Shown here piece by piece: positions 9,383 to 18,602 of a stretch of DNA of 64,000 nt; position 1 is the stretch's first letter, and each line of letters starts with the position of its first letter. The stretch spans positions 1,627 to 65,626 of the forward strand of contig JBAZYS010000002.1 in NCBI GenBank assembly GCA_041659205.1, given 5' to 3'. Source of the stretch: Minisyncoccota bacterium. GTDB lineage: Bacteria > Patescibacteriota > Minisyncoccia > Phycocordibacterales > UBA9973. A model generated the notes under the pieces. It searched no databases. It saw only the letters and a list, made by a program, of their open reading frames with translations, and was not told the origin of the DNA. The translations under genes were made by a program, and so were the position numbers.

Positions 9383-11116
9383 TTATTTTACCTCTTTCCA
9401 GGATTTTATATTCCATCCTCCCGAGGGTCCATTCACAAAATTAGCATTTGCTAGCCCCGCGTCATAAATAACTGTGGAATTATTTTCCAACTCAATATAT
9501 TTACCATTCAAAGACTTCGCACTAGCATTATTTTCTAATTCTACTGTGCCGTTCGCCGCATAAAGTACCACCGCTCCACCATTATTTGATAACCTAATCG
9601 CTAAAGTAGAAGTAGAAGTAGAAAGTATCATTAAATAACTACCAGCAGAACCTGAACCTGAAAATACAGCATTATTGCCTATGTTCACAAGGCCATCAGC
9701 TACTATTACGCCCTCAGAAGTCCCATAACTAGAAGAAAGATTTACTGTAGCATTATTACTAACATCTATGTTTCCATGTACCCAGAGGGTCCCTGTCACT
9801 GTAAGATGGGCACCATTAGTTACCGAGAGATTCCCAGTAATTTCTTTAGGTCCTAGGGTTGATGACCCGCCGGCGGTAAAAGTTCCTGAATACACTCCTC
9901 CAGCCGTTGCTTCATCTTTCCAATCTAAAATATTTTGATCGGAAATAGGCATTGCTACCTGAGAAGGATCAGCAAGAGAAGTATTACAAGCTTTATTGTT
10001 TCCACTTCCAACTTGGCAATAATTTGTACCAGCAATAGTTGAGCTATTAACTGTGTGAGCATAAGCATTCCCTACCCCTCCTGTACCAACAGTTATTCCA
10101 CTAATAAGACCGGTTAAGCCACCAAGATAAAGATTGAAGAAACCATCAAGCCCAGATGGTGAAGTATTATTCCAAGTTCCAGAATATGCTCCTATTTTAC
10201 CAGTGCCATTTGCATAGCCATCGCTATTCGCACCAATTGTATAATATTTCGTTGAATTCGTGGCTCCATCTATTACAATCCAATAAGTAGTGCCAGCTGT
10301 TAACTCTGGATTTGAAGAAAATGGAACACTTACCCAGCCATAAGTAGCAGACACTAAAGATGCAGAAAGGGAGCCAGAAGCAAGAGTCGAGGTGCTCGGA
10401 TTTGTTCCTGAATTTGAAACAATCCTTACTGTTAAATTGCCAGGAGTACTAACTTTTTTAAGATATAAATCTACTTTATTAACGACCCCCGTAGTGCTGA
10501 CCTGGAAACTCTGAGCAAAATCTTGTGTCCCATTTGCATTTCCGAAAATAACATTACTGGCGGGTACCCCAGAACCATTTGATTGATCTGCCACGAGAGC
10601 TGGAGAGTTTGCAGATAAAGCTGTGCCTGTAATAGATCCTGTCCCTGTGATGTTTCCATTTGAATATACACTCCCTTGAACAGATGACCCATTTGTCATA
10701 TGAAACCCGCCTGTGCCTGTTTGTACGCCATAACTAAAAGAAACACCCATGCCCGTCGTTAATACTAATTGATTCAATCTCTGCCTTGAAGAAACATCCC
10801 CTAATGTGGTTATCGTTTTTTCATTATAACCAGAATCAGTAATGTTCGTAGTCGCAATATTACCATTTAATGTTATAACCGTAGATGAACCAATAACCTT
10901 TGCATTTTTTAATCTAAAATAAGCATCCTCCACCCCTGACTCAGATAAAAATAAACTTTCACGAGATTTCATAAAATCATTTGATATTTTAAATTCACGA
11001 ACAGATGGAGAAACCAGCCCAGAGATTATTGCTAGGGAAATAAAAAGAAAAAAAACAACTGAAATTAGCATCGCTGCCCCACCATTTCTCTTAATTTTTT
11101 TAAAATCTTTTTTCAT
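9383..11116 (-). CDS. PilX-like minor pilin with large extracellular domain
   Basis: Class III-like leader KRNG/GAAMLISVVFFL; Gly/Ser/Thr-rich beta domains; last gene of the pilin cluster. Confidence 0.7.
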   Translation of the reverse strand: MKKDFKKIKRNGGAAMLISVVFFLFISLAIISGLVSPSVREFKISNDFMKSRESLFLSESGVEDAYFRLKNAKVIGSSTVITLNGNIATTNITDSGYNEKTITTLGDVSSRQRLNQLVLTTGMGVSFSYGVQTGTGGFHMTNGSSVQGSVYSNGNITGTGSITGTALSANSPALVADQSNGSGVPASNVIFGNANGTQDFAQSFQVSTTGVVNKVDLYLKKVSTPGNLTVRIVSNSGTNPSTSTLASGSLSASLVSATYGWVSVPFSSNPELTAGTTYWIVIDGATNSTKYYTIGANSDGYANGTGKIGAYSGTWNNTSPSGLDGFFNLYLGGLTGLISGITVGTGGVGNAYAHTVNSSTIAGTNYCQVGSGNNKACNTSLADPSQVAMPISDQNILDWKDEATAGGVYSGTFTAGGSSTLGPKEITGNLSVTNGAHLTVTGTLWVHGNIDVSNNATVNLSSSYGTSEGVIVADGLVNIGNNAVFSGSGSAGSYLMILSTSTSTLAIRLSNNGGAVVLYAANGTVELENNASAKSLNGKYIELENNSTVIYDAGLANANFVNGPSGGWNIKSWKEVK

Positions 11117-11118
11117 AG

Positions 11119-11622
11119 CTAGTAACTATTACGAAGGACAACTGTATTATAAAAATCTTGACTACGACCCAAGACATCGTTCGCAGACTGGAGTGTTAAG
11201 AAAATTCTAACTGCTTTTCCTTTTACTGTATTTATTTGAGTAAAAGTAAGTGCAGTAACCAATGTATTAGGTGTATTCAAGTTTCCTGTTATTGTTCCGT
11301 TTTCTAAAAGCTGAATATCAGAGCCTGAATCAAGAAGCTTAAATTCCACGGTTTTATTTGCTCCTACGTCATCCTTTGTATCTAGGGTTAGATCATTACT
11401 AAAAATTGTGTTAATTCCGTCAGCTTGTCGAATTTCTCGCGAGATCCTTTCTATTATATTTCCACTCTGCACAAACTCTGCTTGAATGCTTGTTTCTTTA
11501 AAAGACTTCGCCATTGTAATTATGGCATCAATAATTAATAAAGAAAAAATAGCAAAAAGAGCAATATAGAAGAGAAGTTCTAGAACAGCATACCCACCTT
11601 TTGTTTTGCTTGTTTTAATCAT
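11119..11622 (-). CDS. Prepilin-type minor pilin
   Basis: KGG/YAVLELLFYIALF prepilin cleavage motif. Confidence 0.8.
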   Translation of the reverse strand: MIKTSKTKGGYAVLELLFYIALFAIFSLLIIDAIITMAKSFKETSIQAEFVQSGNIIERISREIRQADGINTIFSNDLTLDTKDDVGANKTVEFKLLDSGSDIQLLENGTITGNLNTPNTLVTALTFTQINTVKGKAVRIFLTLQSANDVLGRSQDFYNTVVLRNSY

Positions 11623-12134
11623 GAAAAAATATCAATTATATAAAATTGTAAAACTTTATTTATTGTCACCCCCCCTTCTAGCCAAGAGACTGTGACTGTC
11701 ACTAATTTTGTTCCTGGGTCATTTGTGCCAGTAGCGGAAATGTCTTGAGTAGTATTATCACGATTCACATTAGCAATACTCACAGTACGAGTAAAAATAC
11801 CAACGGTGTTTGGTGTAGAAGAAAGAGTCCAAGTACCACCTGCAAAGGTAGGATAATAATTTATACCCGCAGTGAGGCTAGAAATATTTGTCCAAGCATT
11901 GTCTCGAAGTATCCGAACAGCTTCTGCTCCCTCCTCCAAAATAAAAGAGGCTTGGGTAACATGGAGAGATTGCCTTGATATATAAACAGCCTTTTGAGCG
12001 ACAGCAGTTGCAGCTAAAACAGAAACAGTAATGATAGATGCTGCCACCAATATTTCCACTGCCATAAATCCCCGCCTGCAAAAACCATGTTTTAAGGATT
12101 GCGGGCAGGCTTTATTTTTAAAAATTGTTTTCAT
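11619..12134 (-). CDS. Prepilin-type minor pilin (PilV-like)
   Basis: RRG/FMAVEILVAASII; C-terminal KLVTVTVSW. Confidence 0.8.
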   Translation of the reverse strand: MKTIFKNKACPQSLKHGFCRRGFMAVEILVAASIITVSVLAATAVAQKAVYISRQSLHVTQASFILEEGAEAVRILRDNAWTNISSLTAGINYYPTFAGGTWTLSSTPNTVGIFTRTVSIANVNRDNTTQDISATGTNDPGTKLVTVTVSWLEGGVTINKVLQFYIIDIFS

Positions 12135-12602
12135 TTAATTTACACTAACTATACCCGTAGCAGAAATTGTAATAATTTTAGAATAAGAAGTAGTCGAAAC
12201 AGTTATCGTGCCAGTTTGATTTGGCGCACCAGAAAGACGATTGAAATATACATCCCCCGTACTCCCGCTTACTCCACCTAAAGTAACATCTGTAATACTT
12301 GCGGGAATTATGATATCTATCGTTTCATTACTTAAATCCACTGCAGAAAAAACTATCCCTTTAAAAATTATAACTTTATCGGACTGAAAATGCACCCCAT
12401 ATGAAGAAGAACCTACAGAAGACAGAGTTTGGGATTGCGCTTTATTTAAACTCGAAGTTACTTCTTCTACAGTACTCTTGAGTACTTGGTTTTCTCTAAT
12501 TTTTGCAAATTGGGGCAAAGCAACAGCAATAATAATTCCAAGGACAGCCAATACAACCAGTAATTCTACGACTGTAATTCCTTTTTTGTAAAAATTTATC
12601 AT
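12135..12602 (-). CDS. Prepilin-type pilin (FimT-like)
   Basis: KKG/ITVVELLVVLAVLGIIIAVALP. Confidence 0.85.
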   Translation of the reverse strand: MINFYKKGITVVELLVVLAVLGIIIAVALPQFAKIRENQVLKSTVEEVTSSLNKAQSQTLSSVGSSSYGVHFQSDKVIIFKGIVFSAVDLSNETIDIIIPASITDVTLGGVSGSTGDVYFNRLSGAPNQTGTITVSTTSYSKIITISATGIVSVN

Positions 12603-12606
12603 AATT

Positions 12607-13824
12607 TTAATTTATACTTCCAAGAATTGAATAAAGCGGCGAAATCATTGAAATAGCAAAGAAACCCACTGCTGCGCCAATAACAATCATTAAAATTGGT
12701 TCAATGATTGTAGAAAGATTTTTTGTTTTACTTTCGATCTCCTCTTCATAAAACAAAGATACCTCAAGCAACATGTCAGATAATTTTCCAGTTTCTTCTC
12801 CTACCTGCATCATTTCCGACATCATCACTGGATAAAGCTCAGGGTGAGCGATGAAAGCCTCCGAAAAAGGAGTTCCTTTTTCTATTCCTATTTTAGCTTC
12901 ATTTAATACTTTTTTATAATAAATATTTTGCACCACATCTTCTGTAATTTCGAGTGCACGTGTTAAAGAAACACCGGAAAGTAAGAGCGATGAAATAGTG
13001 CGGGCAGTGCGGGCAGTATTTAATTCTTTTGCCAAATTACCGATAATAGGAACTCTTATAACAATATAATCAATATATGATGCCATAAATTTAGCCCGGA
13101 AAAGTGAAAATAATCCAAAGCCAAGGGCAATGATAATTACAAAAGTTAATATTAAATTTTGAGAGAAAAAATTACCTAAAAAAATAAGAATCTGGGTGGA
13201 AAGGGGAAGCTTCACTCCGAGCTCTTTAAAAGTCCCAGCGAGAGTGGGCACAACAAAAGCAAACATCAAGACACCAATGACGATCATCGCTGACATAATG
13301 ACTCCCGGATACATCAAGGCTCCTTTTATTTTCTTTGTTAAAGAATTTGCTTTCTCTAAATTCATACCCACATCAGTAAGAGCCCCAGCTAAGTTTCCAG
13401 ATTCTTCTCCTGCTTTAGTCATAGATATAAAAAGTTTTGAGAAAACTTCTGGAAATTTCGAAAGGGCAGAAGAAAAAGATTCTCCTGCATTGATATCAGC
13501 CATCACTGAAGTCAAAACTTTATCGAGTTTAGGATTTTTAGTTTGCTTTTTTAGTACTGACAAGGCTCGAGAAAGAGAGAGCCCCGCCTTTATCATTCCG
13601 CTTAAATTTTTAGTCAAAATAATCTGCTCTCCAATTTTTACTTTTGAAAAAATATCGGTTAATTTTGAAAAGTTTCCAAAAAAATCTTTATTTTTTTCTT
13701 CAATCGACAATGGAGTTAAGTTGCGAGAACGTAGCTCCCGAATAAGTGCAAAACGATCGACAGCTTCTAGTGTGCTTTCGGTAATTTCACCTATCTTTGA
13801 TTTTGCTTTATATGTAAAAAGCAT
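12607..13824 (-). CDS. pilC: Type IV pilus platform protein (PilC/GspF)
   Basis: AGEESGNL, KIKGALMYP, VGEETGKL, IIEPILMI; start likely MLFTYKAK. Confidence 0.93.
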   Translation of the reverse strand: MLFTYKAKSKIGEITESTLEAVDRFALIRELRSRNLTPLSIEEKNKDFFGNFSKLTDIFSKVKIGEQIILTKNLSGMIKAGLSLSRALSVLKKQTKNPKLDKVLTSVMADINAGESFSSALSKFPEVFSKLFISMTKAGEESGNLAGALTDVGMNLEKANSLTKKIKGALMYPGVIMSAMIVIGVLMFAFVVPTLAGTFKELGVKLPLSTQILIFLGNFFSQNLILTFVIIIALGFGLFSLFRAKFMASYIDYIVIRVPIIGNLAKELNTARTARTISSLLLSGVSLTRALEITEDVVQNIYYKKVLNEAKIGIEKGTPFSEAFIAHPELYPVMMSEMMQVGEETGKLSDMLLEVSLFYEEEIESKTKNLSTIIEPILMIVIGAAVGFFAISMISPLYSILGSIN

Positions 13825-13846
13825 TTGTGTGAAGGCAAAGAGTAAA

Positions 13847-15610
13847 CTATTCGGAAACAACACGAAAGACTTCTTCTAATGTCGTCGTCCCTAATACTGC
13901 TTGAAAAACTCCATCTTCAATCATTGTCATCATCCCCTCTTTTTTTGCTTGTGCTTCTATGTCATCCTGGGAACTCCCTTTGAGAATCATTTCTTTTATT
14001 GTCGTCGTGACTTTTAATACTTCATGCATTCCTGTGCGACTCGAGTATCCATCTTCAAACTCAGCACTTTTTACTGCTTTATAAAAAGGTATTTTATCCC
14101 AGGTATCTTTTTCACTTACAATATTCTCAGTTTTAAGAAACTCATGAACTCTGTCTAAATCAACAATCTTTTCTAAATTTTTTATTTCTGCTGATGACAA
14201 AAAATATTTTTCTTTATTAGGAGTAAGTTTACGTACCAACCTCTGGGCAATGATTGTTTTCACGGTTGCCGTTATTAAAAATGGTTCAACATCCATATCC
14301 ATTAATCTGGGTATCGCGCCCGCAGCTGAGTTCGTATGGATAGTGGAGAGAACTAAGTGTCCCGTAAGAGAAGCATTAATTGCGAGTCCTGCTGTCTCTC
14401 CATCACGTATTTCTCCGACCATCACAATGTCTGGGTCTTGACGTAGAAGTGAACGGAGACCATTTGCAAAAGTTAAACCAATTTCTGGCTTAACCTGAGT
14501 TTGGTTCACTCTCGGCATTTGATATTCGATAGGGTCTTCAACGGTTGAAATATTTACCTCAGGACGATTTAAAAGGTCGAGCATGGTGTAAAGGGTCGTT
14601 GTTTTTCCTGACCCTGTAGGCCCTGTAGCAAGGACCATGCCTGTTTTTTGTTTTAGGGAACTATGAATTCTGTCTAATGCTTCACCGTGAAAACCAAGAT
14701 TTTCCAAAGAAAAACCATGAGCAGTCTCCTTCAAGATTCTGATAACTGTTTTCTCTCCATAAAATGTCGGCAAAGTAGAAACACGAAAAGAAATTTTCTC
14801 TCCATTTTGTTCTATTTTAAATCTACCGTCTTGGGGTAATCTCTTCTCATCAAGCTTTAAATTCGACAATACTTTTATACGAGCAGTTATCCCCGCCCCG
14901 GCTGCTTTATCTAGAACCATCGCATCGTGCAAAATGCCGTCTATTCTATATCGAACAGTCAGCTCTGTCTCTCCTGGTTCAATGTGGATATCAGAAGTAT
15001 TTTGTAAAATTGCATGAAAAATTAAAGAGTCCACAATTTTCACCACTGGCAAATCTTCTGCCATTTCTTTCAACTCATCTTCTGATTTTTCATTAGGCTT
15101 TTCGCCTTCTTCCCCAGGAGTAACATTTAACTCAGCACTTTCCTTTTGAATAATATTCTGAAACTCGGACTTTAAACTTTGTCTATATTGAACTAACACC
15201 GAACGGATAGAAGCTGCATCTGTAAGTCTGGGTAAAATTTTCAAACCTGAACGCTTCTTGATAAAATCAATCACTGGCAAATCATCAGCATCGAGCATTG
15301 CCACTTCTAAACCTTTTTCTGTTTTTTTATAAGCGACAATGTTGTAGTTACGAGCAATCGGTTCAGGAATTAATGACAGCACAGAGAAATCTATTTTTTC
15401 TGCTGTAAGCAAAATAAATGGTATCCCTAAAACAAAAGCTTCCATTTTTTTTAAATCTGTTTCAGATATTTTCCCAAGAGAAAGCAAAACATCACCAATT
15501 TTCTGTTTTTTAGCTTCTGCTTTTTTTATTGCATCCTCAAGGTCCGTCTTAGAAACGAGCCCTCCTTCTAAAATAAATTTCTTTAGCTGTTCTTCATTGA
15601 TTTGCATCAC
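13847..15610 (-). CDS. pilB: Type IV pilus assembly ATPase (PilB/GspE)
   Basis: SDIHIEP, RLPQDGR, GPTGSGKTTTLY, EDPIEY, LRQDPD, GHLVLSTIHTN. Confidence 0.95.
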   Translation of the reverse strand: MMQINEEQLKKFILEGGLVSKTDLEDAIKKAEAKKQKIGDVLLSLGKISETDLKKMEAFVLGIPFILLTAEKIDFSVLSLIPEPIARNYNIVAYKKTEKGLEVAMLDADDLPVIDFIKKRSGLKILPRLTDAASIRSVLVQYRQSLKSEFQNIIQKESAELNVTPGEEGEKPNEKSEDELKEMAEDLPVVKIVDSLIFHAILQNTSDIHIEPGETELTVRYRIDGILHDAMVLDKAAGAGITARIKVLSNLKLDEKRLPQDGRFKIEQNGEKISFRVSTLPTFYGEKTVIRILKETAHGFSLENLGFHGEALDRIHSSLKQKTGMVLATGPTGSGKTTTLYTMLDLLNRPEVNISTVEDPIEYQMPRVNQTQVKPEIGLTFANGLRSLLRQDPDIVMVGEIRDGETAGLAINASLTGHLVLSTIHTNSAAGAIPRLMDMDVEPFLITATVKTIIAQRLVRKLTPNKEKYFLSSAEIKNLEKIVDLDRVHEFLKTENIVSEKDTWDKIPFYKAVKSAEFEDGYSSRTGMHEVLKVTTTIKEMILKGSSQDDIEAQAKKEGMMTMIEDGVFQAVLGTTTLEEVFRVVSE

Positions 15611-15619
15611 TTATAGTAT

Positions 15620-15664
15620 AACAAAAAATCCCCTCAATATAAATACTGATGGGGATTTTTTGTT
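15620..15664. terminator. Intrinsic terminator
   Basis: AACAAAAAATCCCC...GGGGATTTTTTGTT inverted repeat; duplicated at 18402-18446. Confidence 0.8.
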
Positions 15665-15820
15665 AATAAAATATAATATTAATTCTCAATAAATATTGGT
15701 TTCTTCTTCAGCTCTGTACAAGCAGTAGTTCCACATTTCCAAGTCCATTTCGAAGTGCTACTGGTACGATTGGTACTGCTGGTAGAACTTGGGACACAAG
15801 CATAGTGAGCTACTCCACAA
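15620..15820. repeat. 201-bp exact direct repeat, copy 1 (3' end of gene plus terminator)
   Basis: Identical base by base to 18402-18602. Confidence 0.93.
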
Positions 15821-18348
15821 ACACCTCCTCCGGCATTCGTAAGATCACACGCTATTGGATTGCTTGCACCATTTATACATGCAAGCGAACCAAGAGGGTT
15901 ATTAGAATTACCACCAGGCCCCGTGCACCCTCCGTTACTACAAGGAACACAAGCAGATGAAAGATAAGCTAGGCCATCTGGACATTGACTACATGTGCCA
16001 GCATCGATTGCGCCATTGGCACAAGATGAAGCTGTACACTTGCCCCCAATCCAAGCAGTAGGAGTTGGTGTTTGTGAACAAACTGTTGTGACACTCACAC
16101 CTGAACCAGAAGGATACTCAGCGCTCGGTACAAGTGATTTTGCATTATTATAAAGATAAAATGTTCTACCTAAATATGGAACAGTAAAAAATAAAGCATT
16201 TCCAGATTGGCTTGAGGGTAGGGTAGAATTAGAAACAACAACATCAGACATACCAGAAGCAGTAATTTTTGTTGGAGATGCTTCAGGATTATTTATACTC
16301 CAGCCCAGATTTACGTTACAAGTACTTGCATTTAATGGAATCGTGCAAACAGAAGTCGAAGGAACAAGTGTACCGGACATCCCTGTAATGGTTTTACATG
16401 TGCCCGTAGGAACGTCCCAGCCAGTACCAGACGCACAAGTCACAGAAGTAGCGTTAACCGTACTCGAAGCAAGAGGAATTCCATTATTATAAAGATAAAA
16501 TGTTTCACCACCCCACTTAATAGCAAATGGAACTTTAGAACCAGTATTCCCTGTGGCCACAGTAACATTGACAGGTTTTGTAACCTTCGAAATAGCTACT
16601 GGGTTTGTGGTAGTCCAGGAAAAATTTATATTACAGGTGCTTGCCCCTGAAGCAATAACACAAGAAGAAGTCATTGGGGTAAGAGTACCTGTCATAGCTC
16701 CAGATTGACATGAACCAAGAACAGGATCCCAAACAGAACCAGAAATACAATTTGCTGAAGCAGCACTTGAAGCAAGCTCTACTCCTGTATTGTAAAGATA
16801 AAATGTCCTCCCCCCTTTAGGAACATTGAAAGATTGGGGCCCCCCGTTATCTCCAAATCCCTCAGTTCCACCTCCGGCACTAGAAACAGTAGAGCCTCCT
16901 ACGGTAGTAGGACTTGTTGTGGTCCAAGTAAGACTTACATTACAAGCACTTGCACCTACAGAAATAATACAAGAAGAAGGAGAAGGTGTGAGAGTCCCAG
17001 ACATTCCTGGAACAGTTTTGCATGTACCAGAAACTCCATCCCAAGCAGTACCTGAAGCACAAGAAGCTGCGGCCCACACAGGCCCAGCAAGCTGGACTGT
17101 ATTGTTATATAAATAAAAATCCCTGGAGCCAATGCCTGGAACGATAGGATAAGTTGTTGAACCTGAATTAAAATTTGAATTTGGCACAGTAACATTTGTA
17201 GGAGTTGTAACTGAAGAAATACCTTGTGGATTTGTAGTAGTCCAATTTAAAGTGGTAAGACAACTACTATTTCCTGCTGTAATGAAGCAGTCAGATGCCG
17301 TGAGCGTACCAGACATAGGGGGAGGAGCAGTAGTTACATTAACTGTCGCTGTCGCTGAACCACTCCCAGCAGCATTAGTACAAGTTAAAGTGTATGAATA
17401 CAATTTCACAGATGTTAGAACTCCTTGAGATACATTTGTTCCACTTACAGCTTTTAACCCTGACCAATCACCACTGGCAGTACATGAAGTTGGAGAATTA
17501 GTTGCACTCCAGGTAAGTGTTGGATTAACGACGTTTACCGTTCCAGAAATTGGATTTGCTGTAAGCGTAACGACAGGTGCAGAAGCAGATGCAAAATAAA
17601 AAGTATATGTACCAGCACCAGCAATATTGCCAGTTGTATAAACATTAGTATTTGTCTCCGCAGGATTTCCAGCAGCACCCCATCCACCCAATGGAGCTTT
17701 TAATTCATCAGAACTAGTGACAGATATTATAGCACCTGTTTTTGTAAAAGTTGTAGAAGTACCTGGAGGTACTGATTGAGAGCTTGGAGTAATAGTACCA
17801 GGACCATTCACTACTGTAGAAATTGGAAAAGTAGTAGCCGGGCAAGATACGGTTTCATATCTAACATTAGAAGTAGTACTACTATTACATTCACAAGAAA
17901 TATTATCTGTTTGACCTGGGCTCAAAGTACCTGAAGTTGTGACTGTCGCTCCTTTCCATGCAACCTTAGTATGAACTCCTGTAATATTATAAAGGTCTAC
18001 TTGAATAGATTCTGGTGCTCCCCCAGAATTTCCATAACAAGACTCTGTATAATTACATGTCCCTGCAACAGTTATTCTACATACTCCACCGACGGTAGGA
18101 GCCTCTTCGCAAAAACCTGAAGATCCATCAGGGGCAACAGTACAGGTTGTGCCGACAGGACAATAAGTAATATTTGGGGCCTGTCCCTCTGTTACACAAT
18201 GATCTAACCTTGTACTTGTCCAACAGCTATACAATGGAACCTGACTAGCGACACAAACGTATGCAGAAACATTTATTGGTTTAACTAAAACTGCTGTTAA
18301 TAAAACAAAAACAGCCAAAACAATAATTTTTAAAGATTTGTATTTCAT
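15679..18348 (-). CDS. Large secreted Cys/Thr/Ser-rich repeat protein (adhesin-like)
   Basis: Signal peptide; four ~105-aa repeats (GTLT..C.I..G.S.C...L.W...FYLYN...C); Cys-rich C-terminus. Confidence 0.75.
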   Translation of the reverse strand: MKYKSLKIIVLAVFVLLTAVLVKPINVSAYVCVASQVPLYSCWTSTRLDHCVTEGQAPNITYCPVGTTCTVAPDGSSGFCEEAPTVGGVCRITVAGTCNYTESCYGNSGGAPESIQVDLYNITGVHTKVAWKGATVTTSGTLSPGQTDNISCECNSSTTSNVRYETVSCPATTFPISTVVNGPGTITPSSQSVPPGTSTTFTKTGAIISVTSSDELKAPLGGWGAAGNPAETNTNVYTTGNIAGAGTYTFYFASASAPVVTLTANPISGTVNVVNPTLTWSATNSPTSCTASGDWSGLKAVSGTNVSQGVLTSVKLYSYTLTCTNAAGSGSATATVNVTTAPPPMSGTLTASDCFITAGNSSCLTTLNWTTTNPQGISSVTTPTNVTVPNSNFNSGSTTYPIVPGIGSRDFYLYNNTVQLAGPVWAAASCASGTAWDGVSGTCKTVPGMSGTLTPSPSSCIISVGASACNVSLTWTTTSPTTVGGSTVSSAGGGTEGFGDNGGPQSFNVPKGGRTFYLYNTGVELASSAASANCISGSVWDPVLGSCQSGAMTGTLTPMTSSCVIASGASTCNINFSWTTTNPVAISKVTKPVNVTVATGNTGSKVPFAIKWGGETFYLYNNGIPLASSTVNATSVTCASGTGWDVPTGTCKTITGMSGTLVPSTSVCTIPLNASTCNVNLGWSINNPEASPTKITASGMSDVVVSNSTLPSSQSGNALFFTVPYLGRTFYLYNNAKSLVPSAEYPSGSGVSVTTVCSQTPTPTAWIGGKCTASSCANGAIDAGTCSQCPDGLAYLSSACVPCSNGGCTGPGGNSNNPLGSLACINGASNPIACDLTNAGGGVCGVAHYACVPSSTSSTNRTSSTSKWTWKCGTTACTELKKKPIFIEN

Positions 18349-18401
18349 AATACACAAATTATACTACAAAATAAAAAATGTGTGAGGAAGTTATTCACAA
18401 A

Positions 18402-18602
18402 AACAAAAAATCCCCTCAATATAAATACTGATGGGGATTTTTTGTTAATAAAATATAATATTAATTCTCAATAAATATTGGTTTCTTCTTCAGCTCTGTA
18501 CAAGCAGTAGTTCCACATTTCCAAGTCCATTTCGAAGTGCTACTGGTACGATTGGTACTGCTGGTAGAACTTGGGACACAAGCATAGTGAGCTACTCCAC
18601 AA
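18402..18602. repeat. 201-bp exact direct repeat, copy 2
   Basis: Identical to 15620-15820. Confidence 0.93.

Noticed and set aside
13196-13879. Long antisense ORFs (also 4513-5082, 49908-50462, 51219-51761 and many shorter ones)
   Set aside because: They shadow well-supported genes on the other strand and have no recognisable motifs.
15620-18602. DGR template/variable repeat pair
   Set aside because: The two 201-bp copies are identical, with no adenine-specific mismatches, and no reverse transcriptase is in the window.
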